A DNA stretch of 64,000 nt from Veleropilina oligotropha (lineage: Eukaryota): positions 1-64,000 of the forward strand of contig JBEUKZ010000100.1 of the NCBI GenBank assembly GCA_048128005.1, in the 5' to 3' direction. The position numbers were made by a program, and so were the translations under genes. Below the pieces are notes generated by a model. That model saw nothing but the letters and a program-made list of their open reading frames with translations. It was not told the DNA's origin and searched no databases. Below are positions 11,701 through 24,480 of the stretch, in pieces. How positions within the stretch are numbered: the stretch's first letter is position 1; each line of letters opens with the position of its first letter.

Positions 11701-14399
11701 ACTTGTGCTTTGCAAAGAAATCGCTTATGGATGTTGTGGTTGGGCTGACGGCATCTTGGCTTGTTTACAAAAGATACAATAAAACATCATTTTCTCATTA
11801 ATTGTAGATCTGCTCAAAGTGAAACTAGGTTTATATGACCATCATAGCACCATTTATATTGTTTTCTGAACAAACAATGGATATATTGACCATATTAACA
11901 GCTACGGTAAATAGAAATTTAAACTTAGAATTAGAAATATCCTCCTTAATTTCTTATTTTGAAAAATATATATGATTAAAGATTTTATTTTAATTGCTAT
12001 GATTCGCGCGAAGCTATGTACAGCTGCTTGCAGCTTTAATTATTATTATTATTGCGCGTTTTTCTTCCAGAAGTAACTAGAAAACGGCAATAGCCAGAGG
12101 TCTGAAACTTTGACATAACGTTGGTCTACAGCAAGGCAAGGCGGCGCAAAAAATTGACTTCGTAGTGCACGGTGTTCGGTCGCCACCTTGAATTTAGTAA
12201 AACTTTACAAAAATCTTCCCCAAAACCACCAATGACAGTGTGGCAAGATATGATTGACGTATCAAGGCGAGTTTAAATTGCAAGCGAAAAAGCAATCGGT
12301 TGCAAATGGAGGCCGCTGCGGGCGTATGAATATTGCGAAAACACTGGGGTTTTTTTCAACACTTTAAATCGACGATAGCTCTTATTGCTTTGTAACTATT
12401 CTGTGTAGCTTTCGCTGAGGGGTGGGTGCCCACGTTAAGTTCTGTTTGCCGCAAAGAGATCGTTGATGAGAATTGTGGTTATGTCAGAATATTAAAGTTC
12501 TGTTTGCCGCAAAGAGATCGTTGATGAGAATTGTGGTTATGTCAGAATATTAAATTTGTTAAAATATTTAAAATGCCATTTCCTCGTTACTTGTTGGTCC
12601 GTGTGAAGTGACGTCATAGCATCTTCATACTGTTTTGTGAAAGAAAAGCTGTCAGCATACGCGCAGGACGATTTCAATTTAAAAATTTAAAATGGCTGCC
12701 GTTCCTTTTAATTTAGGTGAAATTAATGACACAATAATTCATTTGATTCTCATGAAGTAGCTCTAATGGAATATGTATCTAAAATATTGACAATTGTTTG
12801 CATTTAACCATAACATTAAATTTAAAGTTTTTAATTTTAAAACGATGATAAAACAGTTAATAATTGTGTCATCATGTTGAAATTTAAATCGAAGATTAAT
12901 ATCTGTACAATTAACACAAATTCCAAATTTCATGAAATTTGAATCAACGATTGACCATCAAAGGTTAACTTCATTTTAGTCTGACTGCAGATTCATTAAC
13001 ATCATTAACAGTTAGTTGACAACTGAAGTAAACACGGTAGTGGATTCCGCCGTCGCATGTCAATTAATTGCCAACTCGGTTAATATTGATGGTAGATCTT
13101 AGATATTTTAATCTTAAATTCGAAACAAAAAAAAGTTAAATTTGCGTGGCAAATTTAAATTTGCTGTAACCCTTATTCTGCTTTGACTAGACTGTTCAAA
13201 CTTCGCAGACGTATTAGTGCATATGTTAAGTTACGTTTGCTAATTGGAATTTTCGATTTGCCAGATAAAATTGAAAAGCAGGAAGTGCCTCGGCAGCCAT
13301 TAAAGCATTTGTTACAAGTGGCAATATATCAAAAAGGATGCTCCGCCGACACATATAGTTACTATTAGTCCAGTCAATTTGCAAATTAACATCAAACTAA
13401 TTGCAACAGAAACAATGTTTGTGTGAAACAGTTAATAATAACTACATAAACAACATATAAAAACTATTAAGAAATATCGGTGGGGGAACATGTTTAATTT
13501 GTCAATCAAAATTTCAATTATTTGCATCAAAAGCAATTTTGTGTCATGACTTCCATACATGAAAAGGCAGGGGTTGTATTAGCTAAAAGTCATATTTCCA
13601 TGCACTATAAAATATTTATATCACGTTGTATCGATAGGTAAGTATTTTGATAGACTTTGTTGAACAAATAAACGTGTTTTAGATTAGCGATGCACACATG
13701 TATGTTTATTTTCAAATTTGTACCAGGAAACATTGACTCACGACGCATTTACTTTTTGCGGCTGCTACGCTGCACGCTATATGTTTACAATTTACTTTTA
13801 TGTGCTAACATTTCGATACTCTTTATATTTCTATATATATTTGCTTAACAAGAGAGCATATATAAAGGGCTAGCAAATTAAAATATGAAGTAGAAGCGAC
13901 ATTAAAGAGAAATAGTGTTGAAAAAGAACATTAAATTTTGATTGCGAGCGGTTTCTATGTATGGAGGCCCATAGAGGCCATTGTATATTTTAAACAAGTG
14001 ACAACTTTTGTTGATATTGGGTCGTAATATCCAAAATAAATAGGTTTCTCAGTTTTATAAATAGTTTCCGTTAATAGATACCTGAATTTGAAGATGCTAC
14101 TGCCCCCAGTGTCTGAAATAAAGCTTTTTGTGCAAAGTATACTAATCAGCGATTAAGGCGGTCTAAAGAATTAAACAATAAGATTAAATTGAGCACATAT
14201 ACACGAGTATTATAATCAACTGCATGATAGAGTGGGAAATTATAGTGGAATATATATGACAAAATAATGTTCATAAAACATTTGACCAACAGATACTGGG
14301 AGAAAGAGCTTGAACACTGTTGAACACTCTCGCACTGCAAAACTTTTGATACCGGTACAGTATTCTGAAATAATATCATTCTACGTCGTTTCATAAAGC

Positions 14400-15950
14400 A
14401 GATAGGACAGGTAATTGGGCTCTGCAGTTACAAACCATTAATGATATGCATTGTTGCCATATCTAGCTTCCGCTGGCCTAATTTATATGCAAAATAGGAA
14501 ACCTTTACCTATCAAAATGCGTGCTCTGGAAAAAAGATCACCGGACATCCAGATGCATATGCAAGGTTCAAGACTGGTCATCATTTTCAAAGAAGAAGCG
14601 ATCGCTACTGGGCATGGCTTTCATGTAATCTAGTGCTTAAGATGTTAGACCGCTTGATGAGAGATCGAGGAATGAAAAGTAATGATCTCAATTGCCCCCT
14701 TAGTGTTGGCATTCTCCAAAAATTAACAGCTACAAGATATCATTCTAGGGAACAACAAAAGGAGTCTTCAGGAAAGAACGTGACAGAATGTCATTACCAC
14801 ATTTCTATCATTTCTTTGTGGAAGGAAGCCCATTTGTTGAAGACCCTTATCTACGAAACATTGAATCAGGTTTCATTGTGTGAATGCTGATACAGCGCAC
14901 TAGGTTGGCGCAAATATCATTGAATCCATGGCCGAAAAACAGTCATGTTCTACTGGAGTACAATTTTAAGAAATCAAATCAGATCATCACAATGAACTCA
15001 AAACACTGTGGTAAAGTTGATGGAAAAACAATTCATATTGATCCAAAACCACTCTTCCAACGTCTTACTACTGCTGCCAATGGTAAATTCGATGGCGCAT
15101 CTGAAATGTTCAAATACGATGATATTGATGTTTAATGACCACGCCAACAGTATTTCAGTTCATCCATGTTTGAATGATGAGATGAATTGGTGCTGCGTGC
15201 AATGAAGGCAGCGATCATAGGAAAAATCCCCGGCACTCCCAGGGCTTGAACCGGTGACCTCTCGTTTAGTAGACCAGCACCGTATCCACTCGGCCATGCT
15301 GCCCCCCCCCTTAAAATATAAACTCTTCACTTTTCTATCATCACTTTTTGAAGCACCTAGTCTTCCAAGAGAGGAAAGGAAACCAGCAATTTCAGACACC
15401 ATTTGGGGTATAATGGGTGAATGCGGGAAAGTTGAAAGGAACGGTTCAAGTCCGCAATACGTATACGTGTTAAATACCGAGATGCCATCATTGTTTTATG
15501 GCTACCCTCAAGGACCTTAAACAACGGATGGCAACCAATAAGCTCAAGTTGAACGATCAGAAAACAGAAACCATTCTCTTCGAGTCCAACATTGTTGAAC
15601 AGCAAGAAGATAGTGATCTGAAGTTACATCCTTCACTGCCGGATCTTAAATAATTGCTCTCTCTGACACTGTGATAATATTGGAGTCTTTCTTTATAGCG
15701 AGCTGTCAATGGGCAATCAAGTCACCCATGTGTTTTTGGTGTTATCAGAAACAGTTTCTCCATCCGCAAGTTTCAAACTACATAATCGGATAAAACTTTG
15801 AGGCGTTGATTCTGTCAATAATCTTTAAAAGATTATCCTAATCAATACTGCAAGGATCTTGCTGCAGTTACGGCTGGAGAGGAAATTCTAGTGTTTCTGT
15901 ATGGGGGTGTGCTACGTGAAGACTTGAACATGCAGCGCCGTTATATGTTC
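14400..15950 (+). pseudogene. Frameshifted Academ-like transposase remnants
   Basis: Fragments LPYLASAG, FQRRSDRYWAWLS, HIDPKPLFQRL, SSLFEAPSLPREERKPAISDTIW and AGEEILVFLYGG in shifting frames. Family assignment is from recalled motifs. Confidence 0.6.
15200..15305 (-). mobile_element. tRNA-derived SINE head, family 2
   Basis: A-box TGGCCGAGTGG and B-box GGTTCAAGCCC. It interrupts the Academ transposase remnant, and no acceptor-stem pairing is evident. Confidence 0.7.
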
Positions 15951-16696
15951 TAATATCATGAGTCTGGGTGTCATCGAACTAAATGTGAGTGAAGAAATAT
16001 AGAGATAAACGCCAGATGATGTGTATTAAGGAATTAAATAAAATACAATGATTTAAAAATAGAATGCTAAGGATAACAAATGCACAAAGAGACTTAAATC
16101 GACAAAAGGGACACAAGTAGATTAAAAGTGGCATTTGCAGAGCAAATATACCGAAAGAGAAATTTGTGAAACAAATACAATCAACATTATTGTAATTATC
16201 GAATATGAAGAACTAATGAATCGATAATGACGGAAAGAACTTCATGTAAGACTTGTGTATTAAATATGCTTTAATCATGTAATATGGGAAATTTGGGGTT
16301 AAAGGTAAATTCCATGGGCTATCGCTATCCCCTAAGAAAGTATATACTTAAAGGTGATAATTACTCTAACAGCAAAAACCACACCCATAATTGAACTATT
16401 GTTGTTTTAATAAATTGTCAAACAAATCATATGGCGAATTCTCAATGTGGTCTGGTTGCTTTCCAAATCAGAAATGATCCAGTCACCCTTTCTCGCCTTT
16501 TATAGTTGCAGTCTGGTCTTTAAGTCTTACATGAAAGACTTAAGTCTTACATGAAAGGCATGCCATATGTTTCAGTCTAGCGAGACAATTCAGTGAGCAG
16601 TTAGTATAAGAAAACCAGAAAATTGATGAAACTTGACGACTAGAATTCATCCATCACATATTGAAAATATTCGGAGATTTTATAGTATATATAATT

Positions 16697-17035
16697 AGGG
16701 GTGGATCCAGGATTTTCTAAAGGGCGTCAAAATTTTTTAATATACTATCAACTGTCCCCACTCTCCCACGCGAAATAAAATTTCGACACTTAAAGTTCTT
16801 TGTGAAACCTCCCCATTTATTGCATTCTGAGAGTGAAAAATCTCTATTTTGTCTCATTTCCACATATGTTTTCTGATAGGTTATGATCTTAAACGTGTCA
16901 TCTTGATTGTGATATGACTGGATATCTGCCATTTATAACAGGTTTTAAAACAAACAATGTAACAAAAAATTTCAACTCTGAATTTCAAGGGGTGGGGGGG
17001 GGGGTCCGGGTCACCTGCCCCCTGAATCCGCTAGT
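16697..17035. mobile_element. Small MITE (AGGGGTGGATCCAGG ... CCTGAATCCGCTAGT)
   Basis: Imperfect TIRs with G/C-rich subterminal tracts. TSD not resolved. Confidence 0.55.
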
Positions 17036-18099
17036 AATTATATAATTATGTTTGTGGTATAAATATATCAACAAGAGTTCAAATGACATCAAATTGATTA
17101 GTTTATTCATCGTAATGACATTGCTGGTGTTAAAAATATTGATAATGCTTTGTTTCTGATTTCTCAAAATATGTTTAAAGGTAACATACATGTGTCAGAT
17201 ATGAGCAATTTTAGCAATGTTCCCCTAAGACTTGGCCTTAATAGTTTTAGTATGTTATCGACAAGGTATTGCTCTGTATAAAAATATGAAATTTAAAAAT
17301 GTTGCAATTAGTTTGATGTTGAGCATTTTTTTCACCTAATTTGACTGGACTATATGAGGAGCCTATGGGAAGTCATGGTTGATATTTCACATGTGACCTT
17401 GGCCTTTGACCTCAGTTGACCTACATTGCAGAATATGAACTAATTAAGGAAAAATGCTTATATGTGTGCCAATAGTGGATAAAGTGAACTCCTATTGACG
17501 TGTGTAGCTGACACATGGTGACTGTGGGAGCCTATGGGAAGTCATGGTTGATCTTTCACATGTGACCTTGGCCTTTGACCTCAGTTGACCTACATTGCAG
17601 GAAATGACCTAATTAAGGGGAAAAGACATACGTTTGCCAGGAAATGGCCAACTCGGTTAATATTGATGCTAGAGCTTAGATATTTTAAATTAGGATAATA
17701 AAAAAATTCGAATAAAACACAAAATGGCCACCACATTTTCCTTAAAAAGGTCAGAACTGGAGACCGACGTGGCGTACAGACCTGAAATTTGTGGCATTCG
17801 ATTCAGAGTAGCCATATGGATATATTAATAAAATTTCAAGGAAAAAAATTTCATAATTTTTTTCTTTAAATTTAAAAAATATGTGACATGACGCCTAGAG
17901 ATTATGGGTGTGGTCCGATCTCCAAGATGGCCGCTGTGGCCTCCATATTGGATTTTAAAACATAATGTACCATTTCGGGGCTCTGGCTTCTTGCTTCACC
18001 TTAAACAAAAGTTATATTGCGAGCAAAAAATCAATCGGGCCTAAGACAAGATGGCGAAAGAACACGATCAGCTTGAAGCGCTCTACAGCTGCTTTAATT

Positions 18100-18631
18100 A
18101 TTATTATTATTTTTATTTTTCTTTCAGCTGTAACTCAAAAACGGATCATTTCAAACTTTCACATAACGTGGGTACATATCCTGAGCAGTGCTTCGCAAAA
18201 ATTTGACACCGTAGGTCTCAGCGTTCGGCCGCTATTTCAAAATAATTAAAATTTAAACCATTTTTAAAAATCGTCTCAAAAACGGTCAAAGCCAGCGAAG
18301 CGAAACTTTCTAAATATGATGGACGTCTTGTGATGAAAGCAAAAAATCGATCGAGCATAAGACAAGATGACATTGCGCTAAATGACCCAATTAAGGAAAA
18401 ATGCATATATGTGTGACTATAGTGGATAAAGTGAACTCCTAATGACGTGTGTAATCGACATTTACCAAATTTGCCAGAAAAAATTGAAAAACAGGAAGTG
18501 CCTCGGCAGCCATGTTTTCTTAAAAATTTAAAAAGTTACAAAAAAATTCCAAAAATAAAAAAAAAGGATGGCTGCGAGCGATAGAACGCGATCTGCTTGG
18601 AGCCCTGTACAGCTGCTTTGCAGTTTTAATT
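18100..18631 (+). mobile_element. Helentron-type element C (internally deleted, 3' end intact)
   Basis: The body start resembles 7290-7510. 3' CTTGGAGCCCT plus AGCTGCTTTGCAGTT plus TTAATT. The subTIR matches the family at 1996-2037. Confidence 0.55.
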
Positions 18632-18660
18632 AAAGCTTCCGGTGCGAGAGAACGGAACCC

Positions 18661-19150
18661 TTATTACACTCGCCTCCGAAGGAGAGGCGAGGGTATTGCA
18701 ATCGGTTCCGTATGTATGTATGTACGTATGTATGTATATATGTATAACTCGAAAACTATTGATCCGATTGATTTGAAATTATAGGGAATATCAGTGGCTC
18801 GGTCTTCCCCGAATATGGTCTAGATTGGCATCCGGGTTCTGATTTTATGATGCAATATCCGGTTTACGGATGTTCGGCTGTAGTGTTAAAACGCTTCGTC
18901 GTACAAACTTCAAATTAGGCTCAAAATGTTCTTTAGATTACGGGACAATGACATGATGAATTATATAGGATCTACGTCACCCAAGATGGCCGCCAGTGGG
19001 ATTGTAAACTTAAAAAATTGGGAGTCAATTTTTAATTTCGTCAAATCGAATTAAATTGTGTAAATTCGTCATGAAAATCGTAGTCATGATGAAATTATAT
19101 TGACATCAGAAAAAATATTTCGAAAATAATGTGAAATGTTAACTTTATAA
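18661..19150 (+). mobile_element. DINE-1-like element, 5' part
   Basis: TTATTACACTCGCCT-CCGAAGGAG-AGGCGAGGGTATTG hairpin followed by a (GTAT)n microsatellite and ATAACTCGAAAACTA. The 3' limit is uncertain. Confidence 0.6.
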
Positions 19151-19239
19151 GCATTTTAGAAATCAACCAAATCAAAATGCAACAAAGGGCCGTAAATCGG
19201 TAACCACTGACACCAGGCATCTGTCCCCCCTACACCGGC

Positions 19240-19510
19240 AGCCGAGTGGATAAGAGTGCGGACTCTGAATCCACTCGCTTTACTGATCTGTCCGGCAAGA
19301 AAAGGCTCGAATTGTCGTGAGAGCATTCTTTGTTCAGTTAACAGTCATAGTGGCCACTGAAGGTGAGTTTCGTCATGCGATAATATGGACATGTCCTGGT
19401 ATGAACCGAATGAGAAGCATATGGACATGTCCTGGTATGAACCGAATGAGAAACATATGGACATGTCCTGGTATGAACCGAATGAGAAGCAAACATGGAT
19501 CCAAATCAAC
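19240..19510 (+). mobile_element. SINE family 1 copy with a 36-bp tail segment triplicated
   Basis: GCCGAGTGGATAAGAGTGCGGACTCTG head. ATATGGACATGTCCTGGTATGAACCGAATGAGAAGC x3. Confidence 0.7.
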
Positions 19511-19515
19511 CTTTA

Positions 19516-19628
19516 TGTCCATAGTTGAGTGAATCACGTTTTCTGTCCATAGTTGAGTGAATCACGTTTTCTGTCCATAGTTGAGTGAATCACGTTTTCT
19601 GTCCATAGTTGAGTGAATCACGTTTTCT
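19516..19628. repeat. 28-bp minisatellite x4
   Basis: TGTCCATAGTTGAGTGAATCACGTTTTC repeated. Confidence 0.9.
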
Positions 19629-20227
19629 CAACCATGTTTTGGTTTGTTGTCAATTGTATTTGAGCCTATAATAAATGCAATGACTTGTCTCAGCAGAGGT
19701 CGTCTCCCAATTGTAGAAATTATGTCACTCTATACAATATATGCTTCAACAACAAATAAACTTATATCTTCGGCATTACCGGACACCATACTGAGTGTAT
19801 TTATTGAAAAGGCGACATAAATCAACAATGAATGACAAATACATGTCATAAGTGCTTGATTTTATTTACAAATCTTAAACAGATCGATATATACTTTTCG
19901 CAACATTGGTAACAAAATTTCAGATCGAATCCGTTCAGTTTTGTACGGATATGTTTCAGAATCAGCAATGGAACCAATGTAGGAAATTTGAATTTAATCG
20001 CTTGACTGCTTTGTATAACATGAGTGGGTTCGAATTTTGGAAAGGATTTTTTGGTTCAGTTAACCGTCACAGTTGTCCAACGATGGTGTTAAATTTTCTG
20101 GCGACCGCTGTCATTTCTTCCACGATAATATGGTAGGTACGTACGTCCTGATATGTGAACCTGCAGGTTGTAAAACAGAAGGACATTAAGCAATGCTCCA
20201 AATAAACATGTAAATTATCAAGGAATT

Positions 20228-21172
20228 TTAACCACATACAGATAAAAAGTAATCAAAGTCTGACAGTTCCTCGTCGTGATGCAGCCAATCCCAGACGATT
20301 TGGTTTTTGTCGTCTGTCAAGTATGGCGAAGACACCGTATTCGGAATCTTTGCCTTAGTCGCTTTTGCGCCTTTCATATCAGAATACGATTCATGTCGGC
20401 GAACCACGTGACGTGTACTCTGATGTCGCGAGAATCGTCTGCTCATTCTCCGGTCAATGATTCCTTTCTGGTAGAGATTACCATCGTCCACACAAACCGA
20501 ATCATCGTCGGAGTCCATCGATTCTTTTGCATTTTCTTCATCAAATTCGTCGTCCTTTTCTTGGACACATTTTATAATCTTCTCGGCCTCTTTGCGCATG
20601 CGTTCAGCCTCTGGTTGTTCCTTTTGCTTGATGGGTATAAATAATTGAGATCGCTTTTTTAGTTTGTGGCTTTCCACATTGAGTCGTCTGCTCCATACCC
20701 CGCCTGCAGGAGCAGAGCGGGCGTATAGACGCCGAACCTTCTCGGAGTCTGAATTTATCTTAATCGGCACCTCATCCGCGTGAAGTTTTGTCCATTTTGT
20801 GTCCACTTTATTAGTTTGAAAATGCATTTTTGCACTTTTAGACACAACCTCGTCGTTATATACGGGTTTGTCGCTGTAATATGGCTCCATAAACATAGCT
20901 CTCAAGTCTGTCCTGTATTTGTTGTTTATTGAGTTTCTACCCTTGTCCACGGGCAAGATATAATTGGTACCTGAACTTATTTTGCACCTGGCTATGGCGT
21001 TCTTGATATTGTCTATGTTCGGCAACTCTTGACATTGATAAACCAATGCCTCAAATTTTCCCGCAGTGATAGGACGATCACTTGGCCATCCGGAATGTTT
21101 TATCCGTCCTTTGGTCAAAATCTCTGAACTCGTTTTGGGACGGGCCGCTATTCTCTGACATACTTCCATCAT
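20228..21172 (-). CDS. Uncharacterised 314-aa protein, intronless CDS
   Basis: 945-nt ATG-to-TAA ORF in AT-rich DNA with natural composition, an acidic patch, and an aromatic C-terminus QIVWDWLHH..LSDFDYFLSVCG. Minus-strand AATAAA at ~19862-19867. No TE motifs recognised. Confidence 0.8.
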   Translation of the reverse strand: MMEVCQRIAARPKTSSEILTKGRIKHSGWPSDRPITAGKFEALVYQCQELPNIDNIKNAIARCKISSGTNYILPVDKGRNSINNKYRTDLRAMFMEPYYSDKPVYNDEVVSKSAKMHFQTNKVDTKWTKLHADEVPIKINSDSEKVRRLYARSAPAGGVWSRRLNVESHKLKKRSQLFIPIKQKEQPEAERMRKEAEKIIKCVQEKDDEFDEENAKESMDSDDDSVCVDDGNLYQKGIIDRRMSRRFSRHQSTRHVVRRHESYSDMKGAKATKAKIPNTVSSPYLTDDKNQIVWDWLHHDEELSDFDYFLSVCG

Positions 21173-22868
21173 ATTTCTTTATTTACATTCTTTCTTAAAA
21201 TCCTGGCAATCCTGGTTCCGTCATGTATATATCTTACACAGAACATCGTTCGATCGATGTTATTGAACACATGCTATTCCATTGTCGTGTTCTCACCCAA
21301 AATCAAAGCGGTAAATCCATAAGACAAATTCAAGTGATCATTCTTAGTTAATTTCACACCAAATATTTGAATTTACATGTTGATATTGGTTTGACTTCGA
21401 TATCCTAATACAGCTTTGTGGATAATAACATTGGTCCACATTTGTACACGTTTTTATGTCTTCTGTTATTCAGAATGTGACTGACTACCCACTGAGTTCG
21501 TATCTCATGCACCAGCGACTGTTTTAATAGCGTAATATATGGTCCGCGTCTATTCATTGACCTTGTTACCACGTTACCTATTGTATTCCAATAGTGTTTC
21601 GCGTGTTGGCTGAGAACGACAAGATTGTATCGACAACAATTATACAGTTATAAACATTGACAATGTTTTTGAATGCATGCCTTGCGAACATTAAGAGGGC
21701 TTTATAACCACTAAATAAAGAGATTCATTTACGAGGTACTTATTATGTACACCCAAAAGTTAAATAATATACACGTGTATTCTAAAAGAATATATTAAGT
21801 TAATTACTTTATAATCCAGTCAGGTGGATTGCAAAATGAGAAACACGAACGCAGACCGAATAATTCAATAACGAGGCCGGCTTACATGGGATTAACATTT
21901 CCACTATTGTATCACATGCAACGAACATCCAATTTCACAGAGGCCACATTGAGAGTAATGTAAGTAGCATTCTCCTTTCAATATGCATGCCTTACATTAT
22001 TTATTGCATGCTAAACGCATTAATTTGATTTGCCATGTATATGGTATTAGCTACATTTTCCCAATACACTGTCCTGTATATATATGACTATTGATATATG
22101 ATGTAGGTGTGTGTACGCAATTATTTTAGACATAACTCGGGCGCTATCAAGGCTTGCCATCATATCAGTGGATATTATTAACTAACAATTTATTCCATAT
22201 ATTATAACAGGTCATATATTATGACATGACTTAATGTGAAGTGCTGCCAACACCTATCGTCAACTATAAATCATTGAAGATGTTTATATTTTTTTTGCGA
22301 AGGCAATGGGAAGAGGAAGCCACCTACATTGATATCTGACTCTCGTCATTATCGATATAAATGTACCTGAAATATTTAATCAATATTAATATTAATATAA
22401 TTATATTATATACTCAAATTAATTTAGGAAAAATGCTATATGATGTATCGGCAGTACTAGTCAACAGCTTTCATTTAGGTTGGAAAAATTAAGTATCAAG
22501 TTGAAAATTCTGAAGTTAGAGGCTAATGTGCACGAATGACAACCTTTGACCGCTCTGACAATACAAACTTATATCTGTAATTTGTATGCAAACATTGGCT
22601 TTAAAAGCACTATGGTTTATGACATCTGTATTCACTTTTGTAAAATGCCTCAACGTTAACATGTCAAATTATAGGAACGAGCTACGACCATGATTAGACG
22701 AAGCCGTTTTCATGCGGCAAGCTGCGCGCAGGCCTACATCCATTTAATGTAAGTCCACCAGTGTCCACATATATCAAAGACTTCAGGCAAGCCAGAAGCG
22801 TGTCATCACCGTCTGTGTTATCGGATCAGTCGCGCGTCACACTCCAGCACAATGCAGATCCGTTTCTG

Positions 22869-23674
22869 GTTCTGTGTTGTATCCCATATGTATGCTGCAT
22901 TGCATTCCTTAGCTCTAATAATGCAAATGTTTTTATTTCATACGTTGAATGTCAGGCAAGACCACAACTTGCAATATCGAACAAAAACTATCTATTCGAC
23001 GAATTACAAGCTAACGTGCAGCAAAAAATATTCCAATTTATTAGATAATAATTTCAGTCATGAGCATAACTTGACCATGAACGATTGCAATCGACGCCTG
23101 GGCGAGCAAGATAGTTTCTCCCAATTCATCGGATGATGTGTGGTCGACGACTAAACAATCGCAGATCTTTTTAAATGGCTCTCGGGTCAATTTATCATCG
23201 TCCAAGTTTCACATCAATTTAACAGAACTGTTTCCACGATAGCTACACTCTGTAACATGGATTTTTCCAAGCCTCAATTATATCTCGGACTCCTACCATT
23301 GAGAAACTTTAAGGAAGCAGCCTTACGAGTCCAAATGTTGTCATGACAAGATCGAATTGTTCTTTTACTAATGATACAACATTATGTGACATGATTTGTG
23401 CACCGCACTGTATGTTGAAATACTTTACAGTATGTGCATTCAGAAAGGAAACTTGGGCATTAGACTATGTATTTTTCTTACATTCACCATATAAGGCATT
23501 ATGTAAGTGCTTCCTAAATTGTTCTGTGTTGTATCGCATATGTATGCTGCATTGCATTCCTTAGCTCTAATAAATGCAAATGTTTTTATTTCATACGTTG
23601 AATGTCAGGTAAGATCACAACTTGCAATATCGAACGAAAACTATCTATTTGACGAATTACAAGCTAACGTGCAG
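22869..23674 (+). repeat. ~155-bp direct duplication (22869-23022 and 23521-23674)
   Basis: GTTCTGTGTTGTATC.CATATGTATGCTGC...AAGCTAACGTGCAGC present twice with few differences. Confidence 0.85.
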
Positions 23675-23689
23675 CTGTCATATTGGTTT

Positions 23690-24480
23690 TCCACTTTTCG
23701 AATCAACTACTGTGCGTGCTCTAGACGGTTGTTTTGGATATCGGAACACTTCGCGTTCATGTGATGCTCTCAGTAGTTCATGGCATGGCATCTGAGACGT
23801 TTTCAGACTTGGCGTTCAAAATATCAGTGGTCTGGCTTACAGTTCTGAAGAAGTGTAGAGTTGCAGAAGTTCATTATGATTATCGATGCCATGTTGAGTT
23901 CTCCTGGGATAGATTCCGTCATGACTACGTCTTGATGAAATTGCTTGGCTATAGTGCATCTTGCTGCTGTAATGGATCCCTCTTGGAAAGCATGTTGAAG
24001 AATTGTTATATCTGTATGTCTATCCAATGGCTTGCCATCGTGGGTGAATCTAGTAACTACCAACTCTTTAACATAGATACGACATAGAATCTATATTGTG
24101 GCAAAATCTGTGTCTGATCCGATCAATACAACAAAAGAACTTTCCAAAGAAACCAAACAGCCCCGTAGGAAGACGGAAATGACGCCATCATTGGCTGTTC
24201 TGCCTTTAACCAGTTACCCTCAGAATAGGCTTAAACTACACTGTTCCATTGTTTTGGCAGTAATTCGGTTGTTGTTTCCGGTTATGACCATCCTGCTCTT
24301 AGCTCAACTGTGATGTTGTCAGTGAAGTTTTTAGATGATGATTGGTCTTGCCTTCGTGAACTTTTAAGGTTTCAGTGAATTTATCAAAACTGTCTGATGA
24401 CGTATTATTAACTTGGTTAAGACTATTCCCTCTTGAATAGTATTCGCCTCCTTGCCAGCTTTGATGAATCGTAAATAGAC
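23690..24480 (-). pseudogene. Possible highly decayed transposase fragment (Academ/XPG-like)
   Basis: Fragments VVLIGSDTD and SATLHFFR resemble the C-terminal half of Academ proteins. Weak support. Confidence 0.3.

Larger units (their letters stand above)
7205..12041 (+). mobile_element. Helentron-type element B, nested in the 5' TTATT tract of element A
   Basis: 5' TAGAACTTCGC...CGAAGCTCTA (7209-7245). 3' GCGAAGCTAT plus hairpin AGCTGCTTGCAGCT plus TTAATT (12008-12041). Confidence 0.6.
13366..17352 (+). mobile_element. Academ-type DNA transposon (decayed)
   Basis: TIRs TAGTCCAGTCAA...AACATCAAACTAATTGCAACA at both ends. 3-bp TSD TAT (13363-13365 and 17353-17355). Removing it restores the host repeat GTTACTAT|GAGGAGCCTATGG. 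Confidence 0.8.
7153..18099 (+). mobile_element. Helentron-type element A (outer), expanded to 11 kb by nested insertions
   Basis: 5' subTIR AGGGCTTCAAG (7155) and inner IR CTTGAAGACCT (7178). 3' subTIR CTTGAAGCGCT (18072) is followed by CAGCTGCTTTAATT. The body resembles 60423-62845. Confidence 0.6.

Noticed and set aside
15225..15305. Functional tRNA gene (also 61530-61600 and 6290-6374)
   Set aside because: A and B boxes are present, but no convincing acceptor stem or cloverleaf, and they continue into SINE bodies or sit within TEs.
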